From the NCBI GenBank assembly GCA_950097015.1, contig CATNEN010000038.1, forward strand, positions 6,262,001 to 6,326,000: a DNA stretch of 64,000 nucleotides. The letters are read 5' to 3'. Within the stretch, counting starts at the first letter, position 1. Every line of letters starts with the position of its first letter. The translations under genes were made by a program, and so were the position numbers. The notes under the pieces were generated by a model. That model did not search any database and had not been told where the DNA came from. It was given only the letters and a program-made list of their open reading frames with translations. Shown one piece after another: positions 47,243-59,468 of this stretch. The stretch comes from Macrostomum hystrix (Eukaryota > Animalia > Platyhelminthes).

Positions 47243-48732
47243 AGAGATGCAGTTTTCACCTGTTATGGATAAATTATTCACCTGTTAGAGATGCAGTTTT
47301 CACCTGTTTGGGATGAATTATTCACCTGTTAGAGATAAATTATTCACCTGTTAGAGATGCAGTTTTCACCTGTTAGGGATGAATTATTCACCTGTTAGAG
47401 ATGCAGTTTTCACCTGTTAGGGATGAATTATTCACCTGTTAGAGATGCAGTTTTCACCTGTTATGGATGAATTATTCACCTGTTATGGATGAATTATTCA
47501 CCTGTTAGAGATGAATTATTCACCTGTTAGAGAGGTAGTTTTCACCTGTTAGAGATAAATTATTCACCTGTTAGAGATGAATTATTCACCTGTTAGAGAT
47601 GAATTATTCACCTGTTAGAGAGGTAGTTTTCACCTGTTAGGGATGAATTATTCACCTGTTAGAGATAAATTATTCACCTGTTAGAGAGGTAGTTTTCACC
47701 TGTTAGAGATAAATTATTCACCTGTTAGAGATGCAGTTTTCACCTGTTAGAGATAAATTATTCACCTGTTAGAGAGGTAGTTTTCACCTGTTAGGGATGA
47801 ATTATTCACCTGTTAGAGAGGTAGTTTTCACCTGTTAGGGATGAATTATTCACCTGTTAGAGAGGTAGTTTTCACCTGTTAGGGATAAATTATTCACCTG
47901 TTAGAGAGGTAGTTTTCACCCGTTAGGGATGAATTATTCACCTGTTAGAGATGCAGTTTTCACCTGTTAGAGATAAATTATTCACCTGTTAGAGAGGTAG
48001 TTTTCACCTGTTAGAGATGAATTATTCACCTGTTAGAGATGAATTATTCACCTGTTAGAGATGCAGTTTTCACCTGTTAGAGATAAATTATTCACCTGTT
48101 AGAGAGGTAGTTTTCACCTGTTAGGGATAAATTATTCACCTGTTAGAGAGGTAGTTTTCACCTGTTAGGGATGAATTATTCACCTGTTAGAGAGGTAGTT
48201 TTCACCTGTTATGGATGAATTATTCACCTGTTAGAGATGAATTATTCACCTGTTAGAGAGGTAGTTTTCACCTGTTAGAGATAAATTATTCACCTGTTAG
48301 AGAGGTAGTTTTCACCCGTTAGGGATGAATTATTCACCTGTTAGAGATGCAGTTTTCACCTGTTAGAGATAAATTATTCACCTGTTAGAGAGGTAGTTTT
48401 CACCTGTTAGGGATAAATTATTCACCTGTTAGAGAGGTAGTTTTCACCCGTTAGGGATGAATTATTCACCTGTTAGAGATGCAGTTTTCACCTGTTAGAG
48501 ATGAATTATTCACCTGTTAGAGAGGTAGTTTTCACCTGTTAGGGATGAATTATTCACCTGTTAGAGATGCAGTTTTCACCTGTTAGAGATGAATTATTCA
48601 CCTGTTAGAGAGGTAGTTTTCACCTGTTAGGGATGAATTATTCACCTGTTAGAGAGGTAGTTTTCACCTGTTAGGGATGAATTATTCACCTGTTAGAGAT
48701 GCAGTTTTCACCTGTTAGAGATGCAGTTTTCG
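47243..48732 (+). repeat. Minisatellite, 22-bp units CACCTGTTAGAGATGAATTATT / CACCTGTTAGAGAGGTAGTTTT
   Basis: About 67 copies, mostly alternating between two monomer types. Confidence 0.97.
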
Positions 48733-49605
48733 CTTGCATATGATAGCAAGGAGTTTTCATTTGTCTTATAGCTCGTAATAGTGTGAGGTGCTCGTCACTG
48801 TATGAAGGTTTGATTCGCCTAGGTAGAATAGAAAGTAAGCTTTTCTCAAGCCGCGAGTTCAGAAACCTTGATGCCGAACCGTTTGCAATCTCAGCGCATC
48901 ACCTGCGCGCACTCAGGTGAGCAGAAGGCTAGTCCAAGAAACCCTCGTTTTCGGGAGGAAAAAGTCAACACCTGTCCCTTGCGCTTCCTTCAATTCCCAA
49001 CTAGCAATATCAGGTAGAATAGCAAGCAAGCTTTGGCCCAGAGCTCAAAGAGCTCAAACAGTTGCAGGCAGACTCTGAAGCAAACAAATTGAGAGTGAGA
49101 CAGTAGAAAAGTGCAAAATACTCAGAAAGGCTGCTTTGGTCTAGAGCTAATTTTTCTTTTTTGACTGGTAGACTTATTCGTCTGTAATTTTTTTAGCAAA
49201 ATCATATAAACGGAGTGCTTCATGTCACTTTTGACTGATCGCATACTCGTACAATATAATAGATGGCTCCACCGGAAAATGCACCGGTTAAACATGAAAA
49301 AAAAATTATAGTTTTCTTCATTCACAACATCCTACTAAAAGTAGTCACCTGTTTAACCAAAGCATTATTCGGCTGTGTTATTTCATATAATCATTATTTC
49401 TTACAGCATGTTATCCGTCCAAAATGAAATGAAACGAACGAAAAAGCTTCATATAACTTTAAGCTCAATTGCAATAGCGGCTAAAGTACTCGTATTTTAT
49501 TGTTTTTCGATCTGCTTTTAACTTAAGGAGATTAATGCAGTCAATACGGAGCTATCTTGCAGGAGTAAAAATGTGCAAATCGTTCTTGATTACTACGAGA
49601 GAATT

Positions 49606-49990
49606 ACTCTGGTGCACCATGAGAGACTTGTTCTGGAGTACCTTTAGAGAGTCGCTCTAGAGTACCTTTAGAGAGTTGCTGTGGAGTCTGGAGTACCTTT
49701 AGAGATTCGCTCTGGAGTCTGGAGTACCTTTAGAGATTCGCTCTGGAGTCTGGAGTACCTTTAGAGAGTCGCTCTGGAGTCTGGAGTACCTTCAGAGAGT
49801 CGCTCTGGAGTCTGGAGTACCTTTAGAGATTCGCTCTGGAGTCTGGAGTACCTTTAGAGAGTCGCTCTGGAGTCTGGAGTACCTTTAGAGAGTCGCTCTG
49901 GAGTCTGGAGTACCTTCAGAGAGTCGCTGTGGAGTCTGGAGTACCTTTAGAGAGTCGCTGTGGAGTCTGGAGTACCTTTAGAGAGTTTGG
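49606..49990 (+). repeat. Minisatellite switching from a 24-bp to a 31-bp unit (CTCTGGAGTCTGGAGTACCTTTAGAGAGTCG)
   Basis: Same family as 43135-43712, with an internal 7-bp duplication CTGGAGT. Confidence 0.93.
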
Positions 49991-50084
49991 GAGTACCTCA
50001 GAGGAGTACCTCTGAGTCCCTCTGGGATCTCACCTGAATAGCGAGATGTCAGGAGTAAATATTTTATTAGCACAATATTTTTTA

Positions 50085-50600
50085 CGCCATAACTAGGGGC
50101 ACGGCGGCCGTGCCTCTAGCTCTATGTCTAAGGACACGGCCGCCGTGTCCCTAACTCTATGTCCAAGGACACGGCCGCCGTGTCCCTAGCTACCACGCTA
50201 CTCTGTACCTAGAGCCACGGCGGCCGTGTCTTTAGCTGTGTGGACTCGCGGCATCACATGCCTGGAGGCACGGTGGTTGTCTATGAACAATGGGCTTTAA
50301 ATGCAACATGATTCGATACATGTACGTAAGGTAGCTCGAACGTCGCCGGTAAGTGTCCGTAAAGACGGTCAAATATTGTGTCAATCCAATATACTAACAC
50401 TCCTTTTAAATTATACTACTATATCGCACAAGACAGAGAGCCACACAGCTAAAGACACGGCCGCCGTGCCGCGGGTCCACACAGCTAAAGACACGGCCGC
50501 CGTGGCTCTAGGCACAGAGTAGCGCGGTAGCTAGGGACACGGCGGCCGTGTCCTTAGACATAGAGCTAGAGGCACGGCCGCCGTGTCCCTAGTCATGGCG
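50085..50600. mobile_element. Foldback/Mutator-type MITE with modular TIRs
   Basis: Long TIRs (CGCCATAACTAGGGGCACGGCGGCCGTGCCTCTAGCTCTATGTCTAAGGACACGG... and its reverse complement ending ...CTAGTCATGGCG) built from repeated CACGGCGGCCGTG modules. Exact 9-bp TSD TATTTTTTA (50076-50084, 50601-50609). Confidence 0.92.
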
Positions 50601-51368
50601 TATTTTTTATAATGTTTAGGCCAGCGATAGTCGATATGTACGACCGCCTGAAAATTTAGAAAAACATTCCCTGTGTTGTCTAGGCTGGCTGTAATATACA
50701 TTAAAGCAAGAATGTAACTGTACAATAACATACTGGTATATATATGCCGTTATTCAAACAAATGCAAACAGAAATCTAAATAGCCAGGTGCAGCAGTCGG
50801 TAAATGACGTAGATCTAACTCCGTGTTACGCAAATGTTTAGTTTTATCTTTCAGCGTTCAGAGCATGGCATAGAAAAATTGTGATAAAAATTTTAATTTT
50901 GACTCTATGAAAAAATTTGAAGAACTTTTCAATAACTGTACACAGTCAGTAAAGTCAGTGAATTCAAATTATAATAGTTCGTGACTGAATTCGAAAATCT
51001 CTTACTGTTTAAGAAGTGTACATGGCCGCCCGCGACACAGTGTACATTGGGCGAGAAATGTACATTCATAGCCAGCCCTTCCCGGGGTAAGAGAGGAAAG
51101 GAGTGGAGGAGTGGCTGTAAACTAGCCAACACACAGAGCTTGTTTAGCATCGAGCCTACAGCCCAACTCTAATATTTATATACGAACTGATTAGAGAGGC
51201 GACATGCACTAAACATACTTTGTCTTACTCCAGCATCACAGCTTGTTGCTTTAGCAACACTTAAGATTAACATATTGACTGAAGCAACGCACTTACATTA
51301 GAATATTACAATGGACGACAATTGAAAAAAATTAGTGAATTCTGACTGAAAATCAAGCCACCTTAACC

Positions 51369-54300
51369 ATGCCTCAACAGCGAGTGCTTCTCTGCCTACT
51401 GAGCTTCGTTGGCTTCGTCATTGTCTATATGCTGCGTGTGAATCTCAGCGTGGCTCTGGTTGCTATGGTGAACGGCACAGCCAAGACTGCTCCGCCGGTT
51501 CTGAACGGCTCAGATTCAAGCGACGAAGTTTGCCCGCCGTCTGCTAATAAGAGCTCCACTGCTAAGGCAAGCCATAGACATTTTGTTTGCTAGATTGATA
51601 GAAATTACCATAGACATAGATTAGGCCCTGGGGAGAAAACTCCACACCAAGATGCCATTTTCTGGACCAAAACAAAAAAAAACAAAAAACTATTTTTTTT
51701 TCTGAGAAAGTCGTCCGCTGGTCTACAATCTCCATTGTTATTAATGTGTTTTGCGCAACTCTGCCCTGGTAGGCCGGTCAGTTCAACTGGGATGAGCAGA
51801 CTCAGGGCCTGATCCTGGGCTCATTCTTCTGGGGCTACATCGCCACTCAAATTCCCGGCGGCCTCATGGCTGAAAGATTCGGCGCCAAGTGGGTCCTCGG
51901 CCTCGGCATCCTCTGGACGGCGGCACTGACGCTGCTGACACCGCTGGCTGCGCGCTGGGGCGTTCCGGCCCTCATCTGTCTGCGAGTGCTCGAGGGCGTC
52001 GGAGAGGTCAGTCGGCAGCATATTGGGCTGGGGAGCAGCGGTCCCTGAATATTGGAGGGAACTGAAGCAGCGGCCTCTGAATATTGGAGGGAACTGAAGC
52101 AGCTGTCCCTGAATATTGGAGGGAACTGAAGCAGCTGTCCCTGAATATTGGAGGGAACTGAAGCAGCTGTCCCTGAATATTGGAGGGAACTGAAGCAGCG
52201 GCCTCTGAATATTGGAGGGAACTGAAGCAGCTGTCCCTGAATATTGGAGGGAACTGAAGCAGCTGTCCCTGAATATTGGAGGGAACTGAAGCAGCTGTCC
52301 CTGAATATTGGAGGGAACTGAAGCAGGCGTCCCTGAATATTGGAGGGAACTGAAGCAGCTGTCCCTGAATATTGGAGGGAACTGAAGCAGCGGGCCCCTG
52401 AATATTGGAGGGAACTGAAGCAGCGGTCCCTGAATATTGGAGGGAACTGATGCAGCGGCCCCTGAATATTGGAGGGAACTGAAGCAGCGGCCCCTGAATA
52501 TTGGAGGGAACTGAAGCAGCGGTCCCTGAATATTGGAGGGAACTGATGCAGCGGCCCCTGAATATTGGAGGGAACTGAAGCAGCGGCCCCTGAATATTGG
52601 AGGGAACTGATGCAGCGGCCCCTGAATATTGGAGGGAACTGATGCAGCGGCCCCTGAATATTGGAGGGAACTGAAGCAGCGGCCCCTGAATATTGGAGGG
52701 AACTGAAGCAGCTGTCCCTGAATATTGGAGGGAACTGAAGCAGCTGTCCCTGAATATTGGAGGGAACTGATGCAGCGGCCCCTGAATATTGGAGGGAACT
52801 GAAGCAGCGGCCCCTGAATATTGGATGGAACTGAAGCAGGCGTCCCTGAATATTGGAACAAGCTGAAGCCTGAGGATCCAATCGATATTGGACTGAGGTC
52901 CCATTGAATAAGTTGAAGGGTCCACTAGTAAAATACGGTAAAAAATCATAGTTTAGAATTCTTAATTAAAAAAACAGCAAGCAAGTTTGACCTTCTTGAC
53001 AGGGTGTGACATTTCCTTCACTGAACGCAATGCTAAGCCATTGGGCACCGCCAGTGGAGCGAACTACAATGGCCGTATTCATTATTTCAGGCAAGAATAA
53101 ACAATCGCACCTTAGCAAACATCCCAGATAAACAATTGCACCTTAGCAACCATCCCAGATAAACAATCGCACCTTAGCAAACATCCCAGATAAACAATCG
53201 CACCTTAGCAAACATCCTAGATAAACAATCGCACCCTAGCAAACATCCTAGATAAACAATCGCACCTTAGCAACCATCCTAGATAAACAATTGCACCTTA
53301 GCAACCATCCCAGATAAACAATTGCACCTTAGCAACCATCCCAGATAAACAATTGCACCTTAGCAACCATCCCAGATAAACAATCGCACCCTAGCAAACA
53401 TCCTAGATAAACAATCGCACCTTAGCAACCATCCTAGATAAACAATCGCACCTTAGCAAACATCCTAGATAAACAATCGCACCTTAGCAACCATCCCAGA
53501 TAAACAATCGCACCTTAGCAAACATCCTAGATAAACAATCGCACCTTAGCAAACATCCTAGATAAACAATCGCACCTTAGCAAACATCCTAGATAAACAA
53601 TCGCACCCTAGCAAACATCCTAGATAAACAATCGCACCTTAGCAACCATCCTAGATAAACAATCGCACCTTAGCAACCATCCTAGATAAACAATCGCACC
53701 TTAGCAACCATCCTAGATAAACAATCGCACCTTAGCAACCATCCTAGATAAACAATCGCACCTTAGCAACCATCCTAGATAAACAATCGCACCTTAGCAA
53801 CCATCCTAGATAAACAATCGCACCTTAGCAACCATCCCAGATAAACAATTGCACCTAAGCAACCATCCCAGATAAACAATCGCACCCTAGCAACCATCCT
53901 AGATAAACAATCGCACCTTAGCAAACATCCTAGATAAACAAACAGCCTAGATAAACAATTGCACCTTAGCAACCATCCTAGATAAACAATCGCACCTTAG
54001 CAACCATCCTAGATAAACAATCGCACCTTAGCAACCATCCCAGATAAACAATTGCACCTAAGCAACCATCCCAGATAAACAATTGCACCTAAGCAACCAT
54101 CCCAGATAAACAATCGCACCCTAGCAACCATCCTAGATAAACAATCGCACCTTAGCAACCATCCCAGATAAACAATTGCACCTAAGCAACCATCCCAGAT
54201 AAACAATCGCACCCTAGCAACCATCCTAGATAAACAATCGCACCTTAGCAACCATCCCAGATAAACAATCGCACCTTAGCAACCATCCTTAATAAGATTG

Positions 54301-56883
54301 AAACAATCGCGCCTTTGCAACAATCTACCTTTTTAACTATCCTGATTTTTGGCAGGCAGTCACATGGGTACGGTCATCGGCCTACCTCTCAGTGGCTACC
54401 TGTGCGCCACCGAATTTCTTGGCGGCTGGCCATCTGTGTTTTACACCTTTGGTGAGCAAATGAATCATACAGTTGGAGTTGATAAGAAAAACATAGTTTC
54501 CGAAATGAGTGGTTTAGCTTTCTGAATTATTAGGATTCATCCTAAATCATTTATTAGGATTCTCGAATCGTTGATTAGGATTCTCCAATCGCTGATCGGG
54601 ATTCTCGAATCGTTGACTGGGATTCTTCTCGAATCGTTGATTCGTATTCTTAAATTCTGATTTTCAAATCGACGATTATGATTATTCGAAACAGATTTGG
54701 GATTTCGGAATAATTTGTCAAGATCCTCAGATCGTTAATAGGGATTCTCAAATAAGTGATAGGGATTCTGCAGGCAATGGTTTTGCTTCTGAAATCGACT
54801 TTCAGGATTCTCAAATAGTTGATTTTTTATTTCTAAAAACGAATTCCAGGTGCGGTAGGTATTGTTTGGTTTCTATTCTGGAGTGTCCTGGCTCGCAGCT
54901 CGCCAGCCAACAATCCGTGGATCAGCCCCCAGGAGCTGGCCTACATTCAGGACAGCCTGAAGCATCAGGTTCGAATTGGCGTCGGCGCCGGCGCCGACAA
55001 GGTGAGCTATGGGGACCTGGGGTGTTATTACCCAGCGAGACTGAGGCAGGCCAGGTACTGTAGGTGTGAGATCACACAGACTGAGGCAGGCCAGGTGCTG
55101 TAGGTGTGAGATCACACAGACTGAGGCAGGCCAGGTGCTGTAGGTGTGAGATCACAGACTGAGGCAGGCCAGGTGCTGTAGGTGTGAGATCACACAGACT
55201 GAGGCAGTGAGGAAGGAGGCAGAGAGGAGAGGGCAATGAGGCAATGAGAGAGGTAGGGGATTGAGTTGCTTGGAGACTTTATTAGTGTCTGTATACAAGT
55301 AGTATTGACTAGGCCTAAGTATTTCACAAACTCAGCCTCACAGTAGCTACTGAAAGTAGGCAGACGCGGTAAAAGAAATCAGCAAATCATAATTTTTTAC
55401 TATCAAACTTCAGCATCGGCGCGCCCCGCTAAGGTCTATGCTGACTTCACCGGCTGTGCTAAGCATGATTGGCATTCACATGGCCTACAACTGGCTGTTC
55501 TACACACTGCTCACCTGCCTGCCAACTTTCTTTGCCGATGTGCTCAGCATACCGCTGACTGAGGTGGGAGATCTTTATGACATGCCACATAAAGTACACT
55601 TGAAGTTATTTCCTCAGACTTGAAGTCTGAGACTCCAGCTCTCAACCAAGGATCGCTAGGAGTAGAAGGACGGAGAACTACGTTTCTTAGAAAAAAAATT
55701 GGAGGCTGGTTTTCGCAAAAAAATTTACTGAAGAGATAGGAATTTACTCATCGTTAACTATTTCGGATTAAGTAAAACGTTTATTTTTTTAACCAATATG
55801 GTTTCTCAATAGAGGTTTATACTGAGCAATGTTTGTTGTCATTAGCAACAGGGTCCATGACAAAAATCGTCAAGGGCGGAAAATATTGATCCATATGGTG
55901 GACTTTCACGAAAATCGGTGATTTAGTTTGGGAAGTGGCTACCGTGAAGTAGGCAGCGGATATTTGAAATCTCGCGTGTCTTTCCCCGGGTTGAAAATAA
56001 GCAGTCTTTCTACTGTTAAAGGCGCAAATTGCCCGACAATCCTCCAAATGAATTTGGCCTCGGAATGCATGTCAAAGACTTGGAACTCTTTCTGACATTG
56101 TTGCTCAAAAATAACTTGAACCGCAGGACGGGTTCGCATCCGCTCTGCCTTACCTGGGCCTGTGGGCCACAGCCAATGCGGCCGCCCTGCTCTGCGACAC
56201 CGCCAGACGGCGGGCCTGGCTTAGCGTGACGACCCTGCGCAAGCTCTGCATCGCCATCGGCGCTATTGGCGGCTCCGTTGGCATCGCCACAGTCGGGCAC
56301 CTCGGCTGCCACCGCGTCCAAGCCGTGGCTGTGCTGGCCATTTCTGTCGGCATATCCGGCTTTGTCGTCAGCGGCCTGGGACCCAACCAGCTGGACCTGG
56401 CGCCCCGCTTTGCCGGCACCCTGCACGGCATCAGCAACACCATGGCAACCGTGCGGAGGGGCTGCCGGATGGGATGGGAGATTAGAGATTAAGGATGGGA
56501 GATTAAGAATGGGGGATTAAAGATGCGGGATAAGAGAAAGCAAATGGGAGATGGAAGACTAGAGAAGGTTAGAACGAGACAAAAGGCCAGATTCCAATTG
56601 CGACACCCGCCGTCGTCCCTTACCATCGCAGGTGCCGGGCATGGTCGCTCCGGTGGTTGTCGGCAGTTTCACTAACCACGCCAGCTTTCGCAGCAACTGG
56701 CTCAAGGTGTTCTACCTCAGCGCCGGCGTTGTGGTTGCGGGCTGCCTTGGTTACCTGCTGTTCGGCTCCGGCCAGGTGCAGGCCTGGGCTGCCCCGGACG
56801 GCGAAGCTGAGGAGGTCGGCGCCGAGCGGCGGCCGCTGCTTGACAATGACAGCGAGGGAGAGGAGCGGGTGCAGGTCCGCTAG
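51369..56883 (+). CDS. SLC17 family MFS anion transporter (sialin/SLC17A5-like), 497 aa
   Basis: Exons 51369-51566, 51773-52006, 53003-53090, 54356-54451, 54850-55001, 55414-55563, 56127-56450, 56632-56883 (1494 nt, in frame). Motifs [89 protein letters not shown]. Introns 1 and 3 use GC donors. Confidence 0.94.
52034..52858 (+). repeat. Intronic minisatellite, 32-bp unit CTGAATATTGGAGGGAACTGAAGCAGCGGCCC
   Basis: About 26 copies starting ~27 nt after the donor at 52007. Confidence 0.97.
53097..54290 (+). repeat. Intronic minisatellite, 31-bp unit ATAAACAATCGCACCTTAGCAACCATCCTAG
   Basis: About 38 copies starting ~6 nt after the GC donor at 53091 and filling almost the whole intron. Confidence 0.97.
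54525..54825 (+). repeat. Degenerate intronic minisatellite (~21 bp, GGATTCTCGAATCGTTGATT core)
   Basis: Diverged tandem copies in SLC17 intron 4. Confidence 0.7.
55039..55207 (+). repeat. Intronic minisatellite, 40-bp unit GACTGAGGCAGGCCAGGTGCTGTAGGTGTGAGATCACACA, 4 copies
   Basis: Starts ~37 nt after the donor at 55002. Confidence 0.92.
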
Positions 56884-56962
56884 GCTGCGTAGCAACTGTA
56901 GAAAATGATCCCAGTGCAGCCCTTATTGTGTCAATTAGTGCTGAAGTCCAACTGACCTATTG

Positions 56963-57548
56963 TTGTGCTGGGAACCCCGAGGAAATCCCGTAATTTGTGC
57001 TGGGAACCCCGAGGAAATCCCGTAATTTGTGCTGGGAAAACCGAGGAAATCCCGTAATTTGTGCTGGAAAACCCGAGGAAGTCCAATAATTTGTGCTGGA
57101 AAACCCGAGGAAGTCCAATAATTTGTTCTGGGAAATCCCAGGAAATAAAAAAGGTGCTAGGAAGTCAAGAAAATCCAATAATTTTTGCTTAGAAATCTCA
57201 GTAAATGCAATAATTTGTGCTGGGAAACCCGAGGAAATTAAAATTTTTTGCGGGGATATCCCAGGAAATCCAATGATTTTTGCTGGTACACCCCAGGAAA
57301 TCCTATGATTTGTGCTGGGAAATCCCAGGAAATCCAATAATTTTTGCTGGTACACCCCAGGAAATCCAATGATTTGTGCTGGGATATCCCAGGAAATCCA
57401 ATGATTTTTGCTGGTACACCCCAGGAAATCCTATGATTTGTGCTGGGAAATCCTAGGAAATCCAATAATTTTTATTCTTAGAAATTCCAGAAAATTTAAT
57501 AATTTGAGCTGAGAAATTCCAGGAAATCCAATAATTTGTGCTGGGAAA
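56963..57548 (+). repeat. 3' minisatellite, ~33-bp unit TTTGTGCTGGGAA...CCAGGAAATCCAATAAT
   Basis: Diverging tandem copies starting ~80 nt after the SLC17 stop. Confidence 0.88.
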
Positions 57549-57981
57549 ATACTGAAAATGTAAGAGAAAAATGATTTGAAAATCCTGTACTAATTGAAAT
57601 TGCCTACAATAGAAACTCGGTTCTGGCTAAATTGTAGTATCTGTAATAGGCTAAAACTATTTTTAAAGTTCCTTTTCTAATAGTTTGAAACAGACAAATT
57701 ATGGGATTTTAATAGAGTTTAACCCAAGAAGCATGTCTTTAAACTGCATGTGTATGTTTTTTTACTGATTAGACCTACCGAATATCAAATATTTTGTTAA
57801 TCTACCAACTAAGTTTTTTTTTTACTTTATCGCGCTTTCGACAAATGCGGCATCGAGTTCTTTCAGAATCGCTGAGAACTAAAGTGCTAGTCTGTAATGA
57901 TTTTAAAGACTGTGTTAAATACTATACGACTACAACAAATCCGCAACAGAACTTGTTAACTGTTTCTTTACTTTTTACCTA

Positions 57982-58390
57982 GGAGTGCCTGGCTGAAAAT
58001 TTTGGAGTGCCTGACTGAAACCGAGGAGTGCCAGACTGAAACATTGGAGTGCCAGACTGAAACAGTGGAGTGAGAGACTGAAAATGTTGGAGTGCCAGAC
58101 TGAAACATTGGAGTGCCAGACTGAAACATTGGAGTGCCAGACTGAAACATTGGAGTGCCAGACTGAAACAGTGGAGTGCCAGACTGAAACATTGGAGTGC
58201 CAGACTGAAACAGTGGAGTGCCAGACTGAAACATTGGAGTGCCAGACTGAAACATTGGAGTGCCAGACTGAAACAGTGGAGTGAGAGACTGAAACAGTGG
58301 AGAGCCTGACTGTGGCTGTGGAGTGAGAGACTGAAACAGTGGAGTGCCAGACTGAAACTGTCGAGTGCCAGACTGTGGCAGGTGAGTGCC
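57982..58390 (+). repeat. Minisatellite, 21-bp unit GGAGTGCCAGACTGAAACATT
   Basis: About 19 copies. Confidence 0.94.
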
Positions 58391-58970
58391 AAGGATTGCA
58401 ATGCTAATCCAGTGAGATCAGAACAATATCATGTGTATACTTTAGTAGCAGTCTCAACCAATCAGGTTAGTTGCAATTCGCTACTAAAATCTCCACTTAT
58501 TTAAAAAACGAATCTTGGATTTATTTAAACTGTATACAAGAAACCATGTTAATCTTCGGTTACAGCAAAAAATATTCAGCAGCAGCAGTTAAACAAAAGA
58601 AAATATTCATTAACTACGCTATAGGTCAGGAAACATTAGGCACAATGAAATTACAGTGAAACAGAAAGTATTCTATAATTGTGCAAGATCTAAATGAGAT
58701 CGAATCGTAGTTAATCTGCCATGCTAATTGACATTTGCAACGCCTGAGACTTCATATAACAGGCACGAGTTAGAACACAAGAAAAGCAGCAATGCACTGA
58801 TCAACAGTTAAATAAGTTGGATAATAGATAATTGTATTATAAGCCTACTAAGATCAGACCGCAATACACACTATATACACGTTATAGTAACTACTCATTT
58901 TAGTACTCATATATAGCTCATTTTATTAGCTATTTAAATGTTTCTAGTTTACATGGCAACATGATTGATT

Positions 58971-59260
58971 GGGGTCAGTGGCAGAGCGGCTAACGCATTT
59001 GCTTATCGCACCAATGTCCCTGAGCTCGATTCCTGAAGCCATATTCCTTTGGTGACAGAAGGCTTGGGGGCTTGTCATGCAATTTATACCTTTGTGGGTC
59101 AACCTCCAAGGCACAGTGAGAGTGTACACTGCCTGACGATGAGAAAGTCAGGGCAGGTGTACACACCTGAGTGAGCGTGTGCTCAAGAGTCGGCGAAATG
59201 AGCAGAATTGCCTCCTCGCTGGCTGCGGGTCTAGTGTCACCAAATGATGTGCCATTGCCC
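58971..59260 (+). mobile_element. tRNA-derived SINE family B, with head
   Basis: Head GGGGTCAGTGGCAGAGCGGCTAACGC (A box) ... GAGCTCGATTCCT (degenerate B box), followed by the body shared with 13020-13235. Confidence 0.7.
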
Positions 59261-59468
59261 GCAGCCCTCCTGCAGTTATTCTTCTTGGTTTTGTTTTTTT
59301 ATCGTGGTTGCTTAGTAACCAACCATTTAAGAAAACAAAACTAACCGGTTGCTAAGCTGCCATTGCGGATCAATAGCTGAATTAAAAGGACTACACAGGT
59401 CGCTTACACGTGTTGCTAGGCTATTGCTGTCACAACATCAAAATATTCTGGCCTTGCTACTCCGCAAA

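Noticed and set aside
52034-54290. CRISPR-like regular 31-32 bp repeats
   Set aside because: The units are head-to-tail with no unique spacers, there are no cas genes, and the context is eukaryotic introns.
59130-59200. Hammerhead ribozyme (CTGACGA...GAAA)
   Set aside because: CTGAC pairs with the downstream GTCAG in a simple hairpin; stems II/III and an NUH site cannot be built. CTGATGAG at ~692 also lacks the stem II-GAAA arrangement.
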